From: an uncultured Actinomycetes bacterium
GTDB taxonomy: Bacteria; Actinomycetota; Thermoleophilia; Gaiellales; Gaiellaceae
Direction of reading: 5' to 3'
Assembly (NCBI GenBank): GCA_963789895.1
Contig: CAWBMC010000002.1
Span: 276,548 to 340,547, forward strand
DNA: 64,000 bases
Below, one piece after another: positions 30,657 through 39,281 of this stretch. The notes under the pieces are model-generated. The model worked only from the letters and a program-made list of their open reading frames with translations. It was not told the origin of the DNA and made no database searches. Each line of letters begins with the position of its first letter. The stretch's first letter is position 1. Both the position numbers and the translations under genes were made by a program.

Positions 30657-31259
30657 GTGAGCAGCGTCCGCGCGCTGGCAGTGCTTCAGCGCGAGAACAG
30701 GCGCTGCCGGAGGTGCCTCGAGGCAGGGTTCGCGGTCGTGCCGCCGCCCGTCGTACCGAAGCAGACGCGGTGCCGCGCGTACCTCTTCGGTCTTGCACCG
30801 GGTGCGGTCGAGGCGGACACGGGCCGACCTTGGCAGGGACGTGCAGGTCGGACGCTGCGTCGGTGGCTGCGCATGGACGAGGAGACGTTCTTCGCGACGT
30901 TCTACTGTGCGGCGGTCACGCGGTGTTACCCGGGCAAGGCGGCCTCCGGCCGCGGCGACCGGACTGCGACCGTCGCCGAGCAGGAGCTCTGCGCGAGCTG
31001 GGCGGAAGCGGAGCTTGAGCTCCTCCGGCCGACGCTCGTCGTCACGGTCGGGCTGACCGCGGCGCGACGGCTGCTCGGCATCCGCACCCTGACGGACGCG
31101 ATCGGCAAGAGCTTCCTCACCCGGGAGGCGATCGCGATCCCGCTGCCACACCCTTCGGGGGCGAGCGGTTGGCTCAACGAGCCAACCAACCGGGCCCGCC
31201 TCGGCAAGGCACTGACCCATGTCCGCCGCGAGCTCGAGCGGATCGACCGCGAGCTCTGA
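30657..31259 (+). CDS. Uracil-DNA glycosylase family protein (family 4/5-like, Fe-S Cys)
   Basis: CRRC, FGLAPG, RCYPG, PLPHPSGAS. Confidence 0.88.
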   Translation: MSSVRALAVLQRENRRCRRCLEAGFAVVPPPVVPKQTRCRAYLFGLAPGAVEADTGRPWQGRAGRTLRRWLRMDEETFFATFYCAAVTRCYPGKAASGRGDRTATVAEQELCASWAEAELELLRPTLVVTVGLTAARRLLGIRTLTDAIGKSFLTREAIAIPLPHPSGASGWLNEPTNRARLGKALTHVRRELERIDREL

Positions 31260-31295
31260 CGCAACCTGCGCCTCCACTGCCCGTAGGATGCGGGC

Positions 31296-32201
31296 ATGGT
31301 GCCTGCCGGACGTGGTGCCGCTGGACGGCGCGACACGGAGCCCGAGCACCTCATCGAGGAGCCGGTCTCGGCGGAGGCGCTGCGCGAGACGAGACTGACG
31401 CCGACCGAGGCCGTCGCCGGCATGCGCATCCGCCTACCGGTGCGGGGCAACAAGCCGCTGCGCCGAGCGCTCGAGCGCGCGAACGCGGACAACGAGCTCA
31501 AGGCCTGGTGGCACGTGTCGAACGTCAACGCTGTCGTACGCCTCGAGATCAACGACCACTCCTGGGTGCACATCCAGATCGTGGCCAACATCGCGCTCAA
31601 GCTGCTTCGCGAGCTGGTCAAGCACGGCGTCGAGCCGTCCGTCGTGCGCGACTACGGGATGACGAACGACGAGGCGGAGACGGTCGTCGTGCTCGCCGCG
31701 CTGACCCACTGCGTCGGCATGTCGGTGCACCGTCGTGGCCATGAGGACTGGAGCCTGTTTCTCGCCGAGCCGAAGCTGCGTGAGCTGCTCGACGGCATCT
31801 ACGAGGAGCCCGACCGGACGGTACTCGTCTCGGAGGTGCTGCAGGCGATCACCAGTCACCGCGCCGACGGTGAGCCGCTCTCGCTCGAGGCGGGCATCCT
31901 GCGCGTCGCGGATGCGCTCGACATGGCCAAGGGACGCTCGCGCATCCCGTTCGAGAAGGGACGAGTCTCGATGCACTCGCTCTCGGCGGCGGCGATCGAG
32001 GAGGTACGGATCGGCGACGGCGAGGACCGTCCCGTCCGGATCGAGATCGTGATGAACAACTCGTCCGGGCTCTTCCAGGTCGACGGGCTGCTGCGGGCGA
32101 AGCTCCGCGGCTCCGGGCTCGAGCCGCACGTCGAGGTGATCGCCCACATCGACACGGACAGCGAGAAGCGCCTCGTGCCGATGTTCCGCCTGGATCCGTA
32201 A
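31296..32201 (+). CDS. HD-superfamily phosphohydrolase
   Basis: NDHSWVH, LTHCVGMSVHR, VADALDMAKGRSRIP. Confidence 0.85.
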   Translation: MVPAGRGAAGRRDTEPEHLIEEPVSAEALRETRLTPTEAVAGMRIRLPVRGNKPLRRALERANADNELKAWWHVSNVNAVVRLEINDHSWVHIQIVANIALKLLRELVKHGVEPSVVRDYGMTNDEAETVVVLAALTHCVGMSVHRRGHEDWSLFLAEPKLRELLDGIYEEPDRTVLVSEVLQAITSHRADGEPLSLEAGILRVADALDMAKGRSRIPFEKGRVSMHSLSAAAIEEVRIGDGEDRPVRIEIVMNNSSGLFQVDGLLRAKLRGSGLEPHVEVIAHIDTDSEKRLVPMFRLDP

Positions 32202-32347
32202 ACCGCCCGAAGCACGCGGCAGAGTCGGAGGCGGACGCGGCGCGGCCGCGAAGCAGACGCCTTCAGGGATTCTCGCGCGCGGGGATCCGCTGGTGGCGGA
32301 TCCCCGCGCTGCGGACAGGCGGAGCGTCTACCATGCCTGCGGCCCGT

Positions 32348-32418
32348 TGCGGGGTCGTCTAACGGTAGGACGCCGGATTCTGGCTCCGGAAGTTGGGGTT
32401 CGAATCCCTGCCCCGCAG
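32348..32418 (+). tRNA. tRNA-Gln(CTG)
   Basis: Acceptor tgcgggg/ccccgca; anticodon arm ccgga-ttCTGgc-tccgg; T-loop gttcgaatc. Confidence 0.95.
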
Positions 32419-32421
32419 CCT

Positions 32422-32458
32422 CGGCGACGCCCCCGCGAGGGGGCGTCGCCGTTGTTCT
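32422..32458 (+). terminator. Intrinsic terminator after tRNA-Gln
   Basis: cggcgacgccccc-gcga-gggggcgtcgccg followed by ttgttct. Confidence 0.8.
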
Positions 32459-32616
32459 GCACGGCAACGATCGTGACAGCGATTTCAAAGGTTTTGTAAG
32501 GAATCGCACGTACCTTTGTGCACTGTCCGGCGCGTCGAGTACTGTGAGTGGATCGAGTGACACGACCGGCTCCGTTCGGCGAGCCGCGCCCCTGTCCCCG
32601 CTCAGGAGGTAGAGGT

Positions 32617-33177
32617 CTGAAAGCCCTGGTGTTGGGCCTGTGTGCCCTGATGATCATCGCGTTCGGCTCCGCCGCGCAGGCGCAGCCGACAGCGCAGACG
32701 CTCGCGCGTCACGTGCAGACGCTCGAGCAGGACAGGCGGGTGATCCGGTTCTTCGAGCAGCATCCGTGGCTCCTCACCGATCGCGCGGTCGGCCCCGAGG
32801 CGCGGCGGCAGCTACGGCTTCATCGAGCCAGCCTACGCAGCCACACGGCAGCCGCGGCGCGCGTGAAGGCTCGGCTGTCGCGAGTCCACACGACACGGTC
32901 GTTGCAGGCGATCCGGAAGGCCGGTCCGCGAAAGGCGATCTGTCACGTCTTCGGCACGCACTTCTGCGGCGAGGCGTTGCTCGTCGCCCGGTGTGAGTCG
33001 GGGCTGCGGATCGGCGCGCGCAACGGCCAGTACCTCGGTCTCTTCCAGATGGGCTCGTCGGAGCGGCGGCGCTTCGGGCACGGCCCGACGGCGTTCCTCC
33101 AGGCGGCGGCGGCACACCGGTACTTCGTCCTCTCCGGGCGTGACTGGAGCCCGTGGTCGTGCAAGCCGTGGCGCTGA
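32617..33177 (+). CDS. Secreted lysozyme-like/transglycosylase-domain protein
   Basis: Signal peptide, then EALLVARCESG, NGQYLGLFQM, DWSPW; probable CTG start after AGGAGGT. Confidence 0.8.
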   Translation: MKALVLGLCALMIIAFGSAAQAQPTAQTLARHVQTLEQDRRVIRFFEQHPWLLTDRAVGPEARRQLRLHRASLRSHTAAAARVKARLSRVHTTRSLQAIRKAGPRKAICHVFGTHFCGEALLVARCESGLRIGARNGQYLGLFQMGSSERRRFGHGPTAFLQAAAAHRYFVLSGRDWSPWSCKPWR

Positions 33178-33202
33178 GCGGGCGGGCTTGACACTCCTGG
33201 GC

Positions 33203-33248
33203 CTGGGGATCAATCTGGGGACGAACCTGGGGATCAGCCTGGGGACAG
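33203..33248 (+). repeat. 4 x 12-bp tandem array of CTGGGGA(T/C)
   Basis: ctgggg at 33203, 33215, 33227 and 33239. Confidence 0.85.
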
Positions 33249-33327
33249 AACGTTTCGTGCGCAAACTGCGGCACCCGGCCACCCCGCCGGGTATCCACGG
33301 GGTCGCATGCATGCTAGGTGTCCGGTA

Positions 33328-33552
33328 GTGCCATGGCTGAGGCGGACCAACGACCGCTTGAGGCCGCTCGACGAGGCGGCCGCGTACGCCCGCTGCCACG
33401 GTGACCGCGACGAGTCGGTTCGCATCGTGAAGCTCCCGCCTCGCCGGGCCCGCTACGACCTCCTCGCCACGGGCGAGGAGATCCGGCGTCACTTCGAACA
33501 GCGCATCGACGCGCGCGACATCGACGACCTCTCGAGCCCGGCGCAGGGCTGA
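33328..33552 (+). CDS. Small hypothetical protein
   Basis: Protein-like ORF LDEAAAYARCHGDR.. with GC3-biased codons. Confidence 0.65.
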   Translation: MPWLRRTNDRLRPLDEAAAYARCHGDRDESVRIVKLPPRRARYDLLATGEEIRRHFEQRIDARDIDDLSSPAQG

Positions 33553-33641
33553 CCCGCTCGGGGCGGTGCCGGGTGGCCCCGATCGGGTCGACGGCGCGCC
33601 GCTGGTGACTGATTCCGGTCGGCTACGATGTGCGACCGTAC

Positions 33642-33714
33642 GGCCCATTCGTCTAGTGGCCTAGGACACCGCCCTCTCACGGCGGCGGCACGGGTTCGAA
33701 TCCCGTATGGGCCT
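33642..33714 (+). tRNA. tRNA-Glu(CTC)
   Basis: Acceptor ggcccat/atgggcc; anticodon arm ccgcc-ctCTCac-ggcgg; T-loop gttcgaatc. Confidence 0.95.
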
Positions 33715-33874
33715 TACAGCCCCCTCAGCCTGTCTCACCGGAAACCCTGCAAACGCGGGGTTTTCGGCTTCTAAGCAGGGATTGCGCCCCCGCTCGCGCG
33801 GTGATCGTCCGCGCGAGGGATGCGGCGAAAGCCGGTCCCGTGCAGACCCCGCTGCAGACCTCGAGGGAAGCTGC

Positions 33875-34297
33875 CTACAGCTGGCTGTCGAGCGACTGAT
33901 CGGTCGGCGTGTTCTCGAGACAGTGCTCGACTGCCCGCACAGGCGCGTCGGACTCGTTCAGCTGCCAGTAGGCGACGTTGCCGCGGTGATGAGCGAGATC
34001 CCCAACGCGCGCTATCCGTCCGAGCATCTTTTGCGCCCGGTATTCGGTCTTTGCCGCGTTCACCTCGCTTGACGCAAACGCGACCGTGGCCCAGGCGCGC
34101 TCAACCACAACCTGGAACGTGCCCCCGGACGCGTCGCCGTCAACGTAGTGGGCGTCGTTTGGCCACACCTTCACTCCGGCCGACTCGACGAGACATTTCT
34201 TGATCGACGCCGCGGTGTAGAAGCCGCCGCTCCCGTGCGACGTGCCCCCACCGCAGCCTGCGGCAACCAGGAGCAGGAAGAGCCCGATTAGTGCCAT
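33875..34297 (-). CDS. Hypothetical lipoprotein
   Basis: MALIGLFLLLVAAGC lipobox; paired KCL...HCL cysteines. Confidence 0.7.
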   Translation of the reverse strand: MALIGLFLLLVAAGCGGGTSHGSGGFYTAASIKKCLVESAGVKVWPNDAHYVDGDASGGTFQVVVERAWATVAFASSEVNAAKTEYRAQKMLGRIARVGDLAHHRGNVAYWQLNESDAPVRAVEHCLENTPTDQSLDSQL

Positions 34298-34446
34298 CTG
34301 TCGCGTACAAGGAATGATCCGTCTCAGGAGCCGTCCCGTACAGGCCAGGATGGCCACCGGAAGGGCTAGTCCCCACCTTTTTTGAGGGGCTGCTGGCACT
34401 CTCGTCTCAAGGCGTCGGTTTCTCTCCCCGCTAGCTGACAACGGGG

Positions 34447-34655
34447 TTACCAGACGAACCATTCGCGGGATCGGCGCGTTGGGGCTTCGACGGACGGGGC
34501 TCTCGGCTTGCTCCGTCGGCGTTTCGGGTGGCCGGCGGCTCTGGGGCCGTCAACCTTGCCGTGGCATGAGCGGCAGAGGGTGATGCAGTCGTCGGCGTGG
34601 ACGGTGCGGTGGTCGCCGCCGAAGGCGGGGTCGATGTGGACGGTGAGTCCTTCTC
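34447..34655 (-). pseudogene. 5'-truncated HNH endonuclease (phage type)
   Basis: Hand translation: GLTVHIDPAFGGDHRTVHADDCITLCRSCHGKVD; no start codon; broken at the att-like repeat. Confidence 0.65.
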
Positions 34656-34721
34656 GGCCTTACATCGCCCCGCGAAAGCGGGGTTTCGCTTTGGTGCGGC
34701 AGATGCGCCAGGATCGACGGG

Positions 34722-35702
34722 ATGAGGGGACTGTCCCGTCTTGCGCCTGGGCTCGCGCTCGTGGGCGCATGCGGTGCGGTGGGGTGGCTCGTGCACGCCG
34801 CCGTCCCGGTGGCGTCGCCGTTCGTGGTCAGCCTCGCCATCGGCGCGGTCGCCGCCAACACGGGTCTTGTACCGCGGCAGGCCGCACCCGGCATCGACGT
34901 CGCCGCGAAGCACCTGCTCCGCGCCGGCGTCGTGCTGCTGGGCTTCGAGCTGTCGTTCGCGGACGTCGTCCGGCTGGGCGCACCGGGCCTCGCGATCGTG
35001 ATCGCAGTCGTCGCTGCGACCTTCGCCGGCACGCTGTGGGCCGGCCGACGGCTGGGCGTCGGCCATGACCTGACGCTCCTGATCGCTGCCGGCTTCGCGA
35101 TCTGTGGAGCGTCGGCGGTGGCGGCCATGAAGGAGGCGACCGACGCCGACGACGACAGCGCCGCCTACGCGATCGCGCTCGTCACCCTCTGCGGCACGCT
35201 CTCGGTCTTCCTCCTCCCCCCGCTCAGGCACCTGCTCGGGTTGAGCGCAGTCGACTTCGGCTCATGGGCCGGCGCGGCCGTGCACGACGTCGCGCAGGTG
35301 GTCGCCACCGCCTCCACCGGGGGCGAGGCCGCGCTCACCGCGGCGGTCGTCGTCAAGCTGACCCGTGTCCTCCTGCTCGTGCCGCTGGTGGCGGCGGTCA
35401 GCCTCGGTCGCTCGGCGGCGCGCGGAGCAGGCGTCGAGCGGCGTGGCCCCGTGATCCCGGGCTTCGTGATCGGCTTCGCCGCCGCCGTGGTCGTGCGGAC
35501 GACCGGCGTCCTGCCCGCGGGCGTGTTGGACTCCATCTCGACCGCACGGACGGTCCTGTTCGTCTGCGCGCTCGCGGCGATCGGCGCCGGTGTGCATCTG
35601 AGGACGCTCGCGCGTCTCGGCGGGCGGCCGCTGGTGCTCGCGCTCGCCTCGTGGGCGATCGTGGCGACGATCGCCTACGGCGGGGTGCTGCTCGTCGGAT
35701 AG
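34722..35702 (+). CDS. YeiH family (putative sulfate exporter) membrane protein
   Basis: LLRAGVVLLG, ICGASAVAA, VHDVAQV, VKLTRV. Confidence 0.9.
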   Translation: MRGLSRLAPGLALVGACGAVGWLVHAAVPVASPFVVSLAIGAVAANTGLVPRQAAPGIDVAAKHLLRAGVVLLGFELSFADVVRLGAPGLAIVIAVVAATFAGTLWAGRRLGVGHDLTLLIAAGFAICGASAVAAMKEATDADDDSAAYAIALVTLCGTLSVFLLPPLRHLLGLSAVDFGSWAGAAVHDVAQVVATASTGGEAALTAAVVVKLTRVLLLVPLVAAVSLGRSAARGAGVERRGPVIPGFVIGFAAAVVVRTTGVLPAGVLDSISTARTVLFVCALAAIGAGVHLRTLARLGGRPLVLALASWAIVATIAYGGVLLVG

Positions 35703-35714
35703 GCGGCGCCCGGG

Positions 35715-38700
35715 TTACCGGTCGACGTCGACGATCTCGTCGACCGCCACATCTGTGAGGCGGGTCGTGCGACCGTCCGGGTAGCGCACCACCAGCTCCT
35801 GCACAGACGACGCGTCGCCGAGACCGAAGTGCGCGCGCGGATCCTCCGCCGACAGGTAGCTGCTGCCCGCATGCAGCTCGCGCACGAGCCGGCGGCCGTC
35901 GTCGAGCACGACCGTGATCCGCGCGCCCGGGGAGAACCGCGCCAGGCGCACCTCGAGCCAGTGCCCGGTGGCCCCAGTCGTCCGCAGCAGCACCAGCCGT
36001 CCGCCGATCGTGTTGATCGCGAAATCGAGATCGCCGTCGTTGTCGAAGTCGGCCGCTGCCAGACCCCGGCCGTTGAGGCGCGGTGACGGCCGCAACCCGA
36101 CCTGACGGCTCGCATCGACGAGAGTCCCCGCCTTGGTCTGCGCCACAACCTGGATCGGCCGCGCGTCGCGCTTCGGGTGCAGCACCGGGATGGCGCCGTT
36201 CGCGACGACGAGGTCGAGCCTGCCGTCCAGGTCGAGATCCGAGAACGACGCACCCCACCCGGTGGGGCTCGAACCGAGGGCCGCGACGAGCTCCGCCCGC
36301 GCGTCCGCGAACGTCGCGCCGCGCCCCCGGAAGACCGCATGGAGCTGCCCGCGGGAGTTCGTCACGAGCAGGTCAGGGCGCCCGTCGCCCGAGTAGTCGC
36401 CCACTGCGATCCCCATGCCGGCGTTCGGGTCGGCGACGCCCGCACGCTGCGCCCGATCCACGAGACGGAAGCCGAGCCCCGCCGGGTCCGCCTTCGCCCC
36501 GCCCGGCTGCGGCACGATCGAGTAGAGCCGGTTCGGATCGAGGTCGTTCGCGACGTACAGATCGAGCCGGCCGTCGCCGTGGAGGTCGGTGAACTCTGCG
36601 CCGAGGCTGTGGTCGAACGGTGCCTTGTCCAGCCCGGCCGCCCTGCCGACCTCACGGAACCGCGCCCGGCCCTTCGCGCCCGAGCCCACATTGAGGTAGA
36701 GCAGATCGCGCACACCGAGATGGTTGGCCGGGAACCCCTCGTCGGAGCCCTGCACCGGGAGGTTGTCCTCCGTGTACCCGCCGACGAAGAGGTCGGGGCG
36801 CCCGTCGCCGTTCACGTCCGCCACCGCTGCCCCCGTGTGCCAGCCCGAGGCGTTGATGCCGGCCGCGCGGGCGCCCTCCGAGAAGGTGCCGTCGCCGTTG
36901 TTCCACAGCAGCGCGTCGTAGCTGTCGGTCGGGACGTTGTACCCGGCGCTCGTCACGAACACGTCAGTCCGGCCATCCTGGTCGAGATCGGCCGCCACGC
37001 ATCCGTCGCCGCGCAGAGGGAGATCGGCATGCGAGGCAGCGCTGACGTCGACGAATCGCCCCCGCACGTTGTGGAAGAGCGCCGAGCGCGGCAGCCCGCC
37101 GTGCTGCTCCCATGTCGCGTAGTCCGCGTCGGAGTACGAGTTGACGACGAACAGGTCGAGCCACCCGTCGTTGTCGTAGTCGAGCCAGCAGAGCCCGCCG
37201 CCCATCATCGCCGTCCGATCCAGGCTCACCCCGTAGCGGAACACCCCCTGCCGGAAGCCGAGTCCGACCTGGGCTGCGACATCCTGGAGCTTCAGGCCCT
37301 CGAACCCGGACGCGTGGCGATCATCGGTCGAGCCGGAGGCCAGCGACGGCGCAGCACCCGCGGGCGCCGCGCCACGCGAGTCGACGATCACGTAGCGCCG
37401 GCCCTGCAAGATGAGCTCGAGCGTCTGTGCGAAGGGCGCCGGATCGCTCCGTTGGACAGCCTTCGCCGGTGACCCGGCATAGGTGACGACTCCCAGTGTC
37501 CCCTGCAGAGCGGCGACGACGAGCGGCGGCCCCTGACCGTCACCGGGCTCGAGCGTCAGCCGCAGCCGCTCGACGCGATAGGTCGGGACGGCGATCGGCG
37601 CGCCCTTCGCCTCGAGGATCCGTTGCAGCAGGCCAGCGAGCCATTCACCGTTCGCACCAACCGCAGCGCGGGTGACACTCCGCCGCCGCAGCGCCTCGCT
37701 TCCGGCCGCGAGGTCGGCGACGAGGTCGCGCGCGATGCGGAGCGACATGGGCCGGCCGATCTTCGATGCGACCACGCTCGACGGCGCCACCGTCACCACC
37801 GGCAGCGAGCGTGCCGACTCGACGGGAACGATCGCAGCTGCCTCCGCGCTCGACCGGGCCGGGATGCCCGCGAGCACGAGCAACCCGACGAAACCGACGG
37901 CGCCCGCAAGTGCCGCCGCCCCCATGACGACACGCCTCGCCGCGCCCGTGCCGAGGTCGCCGCCGAGCCTGGCCGCACGCGCGACGACCAATCGCTCCAC
38001 GAACGGGCGCGCGAGGCAGACGAGCGCCAGCGCACCGAGCACTGCGACCTTGCTCGCGAACTCGGTCGTCTGCGGGGCGATCAGCAGCACCGCGAGCAGG
38101 CCCACGCCGATCGCGTAGACGCGGCGTCCGGTGCGCCCGTCCGGGACGGTCTTGGGGTCGGTGATCATGAAGAACAGGAAGACGAGGATCTCCGGGGAGG
38201 TGACGAGCACCCACCAGAAGCTCCAACCCGTGATCGGGCCCAGGTGCCAGCGAGCGGTCATCTCGTGCCCACTCGCCGCGAGCACGGCCATCCCGGTGGC
38301 AAACGCGACCCAGAACCAGATCGCGATCGACAGCAGGTGCAGCCGGAGGAGGATCGCAAAGCCGCCCGCGACGATGATCACCAGCGCCAGCACGAGCCAC
38401 GGCGAGAACGGGGCCCACCAGAACTCGAGCGGGTCGGCGTGCGCCGACCCGAGCAGCAGGAAGCAGAGCACGAGGCCGAAGTTCGACGGGTTGAAGATGT
38501 GGCGGCCCCGGTAGCGGATCACGTACTTCGAGAGCAGCGCCACGGCGGCGGTCGCCGCGAAGATCCAGGCGCCGTTCATGCTCCACCAGTCGCCGTGCTT
38601 CGTCCCGGGCACGCGGAGGATGAACGCGACGCCGTTCCCCGTCAGCAACGCGCTCGCCGGCCACAGGATCACGTGCTGGCGCGAGAACGCGATCCCGACC

Positions 38701-38909
38701 TCGAGCACCGCACATGTGACGAGCGCCACGAGGATCTGGGCGATCGAGAGCCGAAAATGGAACGCCACCTGGCCGAGCACCTGCAGCGACACGATCACGA
38801 CGGCCAGGTGCAGACGCGGGTCGCGCCAGGTCGGCAGCAACACCGGGTACGGCGTGCCACGGATCCGTAGCGTCGGCCTGCCGACACCGGCTAGGGCAGG
38901 CGCGCTCAT
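35715..38909 (-). CDS. Fusion of an RnfD/NqrB-like (UnbU-type) membrane domain and a CRTAC1/FG-GAP-ASPIC/UnbV domain
   Basis: SALLTG, SKYVIRYRGRHIFNPSNFG, FFMITDPKT; then DYDNDGWLDL-type repeats, RGLAAADFDNDGDLD, GSSYLS..HFGLG. Confidence 0.88.
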   Translation of the reverse strand: MSAPALAGVGRPTLRIRGTPYPVLLPTWRDPRLHLAVVIVSLQVLGQVAFHFRLSIAQILVALVTCAVLEVGIAFSRQHVILWPASALLTGNGVAFILRVPGTKHGDWWSMNGAWIFAATAAVALLSKYVIRYRGRHIFNPSNFGLVLCFLLLGSAHADPLEFWWAPFSPWLVLALVIIVAGGFAILLRLHLLSIAIWFWVAFATGMAVLAASGHEMTARWHLGPITGWSFWWVLVTSPEILVFLFFMITDPKTVPDGRTGRRVYAIGVGLLAVLLIAPQTTEFASKVAVLGALALVCLARPFVERLVVARAARLGGDLGTGAARRVVMGAAALAGAVGFVGLLVLAGIPARSSAEAAAIVPVESARSLPVVTVAPSSVVASKIGRPMSLRIARDLVADLAAGSEALRRRSVTRAAVGANGEWLAGLLQRILEAKGAPIAVPTYRVERLRLTLEPGDGQGPPLVVAALQGTLGVVTYAGSPAKAVQRSDPAPFAQTLELILQGRRYVIVDSRGAAPAGAAPSLASGSTDDRHASGFEGLKLQDVAAQVGLGFRQGVFRYGVSLDRTAMMGGGLCWLDYDNDGWLDLFVVNSYSDADYATWEQHGGLPRSALFHNVRGRFVDVSAASHADLPLRGDGCVAADLDQDGRTDVFVTSAGYNVPTDSYDALLWNNGDGTFSEGARAAGINASGWHTGAAVADVNGDGRPDLFVGGYTEDNLPVQGSDEGFPANHLGVRDLLYLNVGSGAKGRARFREVGRAAGLDKAPFDHSLGAEFTDLHGDGRLDLYVANDLDPNRLYSIVPQPGGAKADPAGLGFRLVDRAQRAGVADPNAGMGIAVGDYSGDGRPDLLVTNSRGQLHAVFRGRGATFADARAELVAALGSSPTGWGASFSDLDLDGRLDLVVANGAIPVLHPKRDARPIQVVAQTKAGTLVDASRQVGLRPSPRLNGRGLAAADFDNDGDLDFAINTIGGRLVLLRTTGATGHWLEVRLARFSPGARITVVLDDGRRLVRELHAGSSYLSAEDPRAHFGLGDASSVQELVVRYPDGRTTRLTDVAVDEIVDVDR

Positions 38910-38954
38910 CGAGCATTCATGGTACTGAGGCGACGTCGACGGGAGAGATTTTGC

Positions 38955-38982
38955 TCAGGTGAGCGCGTCTGCCAGCCGATAC
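38955..38982 (+). promoter_or_regulatory. Putative sigma28/WhiG-type promoter
   Basis: TCAG-N16-GCCGATAC, ending 7 nt before the GTG at 38990. Confidence 0.6.
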
Positions 38983-38989
38983 AGGGATC

Positions 38990-39274
38990 GTGACGGCAAC
39001 GGACCTGGATCCGCGCCTGCTTCCGGACGACGAGCTCGGAGCGCTCTTGACGGAGCTCGGCGACGAGGAGAAGCAGCTCTCGAAGCGCCGCGACGCCCTG
39101 CACCGGCGCATCGACTTCGTCCGCGCCGGCGGCGGCGGCCACGAGGACGCCTCCACCGAGCTGCTCGAGTCGCTCACCGGCGAGGAGAGCTACGTCTCGA
39201 AGGAGCGCCAGGCGCTGCAACGGCGCATCGATCTTCTCCGCTCCGAGCAGCTCCGGCGCCACGCCACGCGCTGA
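38990..39274 (+). CDS. rsiG: RsiG (AmfC)-like c-di-GMP-binding anti-sigma factor with twin motifs
   Basis: EKQLSKRRDALHRRID and ESYVSKERQALQRRID match E-X3-S-X2-R-X3-(Q/H)-X3-D twice. Confidence 0.8.
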   Translation: MTATDLDPRLLPDDELGALLTELGDEEKQLSKRRDALHRRIDFVRAGGGGHEDASTELLESLTGEESYVSKERQALQRRIDLLRSEQLRRHATR

Positions 39275-39281
39275 CGCCGCG

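Larger units (their letters stand above)
33710..34664. mobile_element. Remnant of an element integrated at the tRNA-Glu 3' end
   Basis: ggccttaca direct repeat at 33710-33718 and 34656-34664; second copy followed by a terminator hairpin; contains an HNH fragment. Confidence 0.6.

Noticed and set aside
32460-32616. c-di-AMP (ydaO) riboswitch before the transglycosylase-like gene
   Set aside because: Could not find the GCUGAA / GGGGAACC core by eye
33203-33248. CRISPR array
   Set aside because: 12-bp period with no spacers and no cas genes
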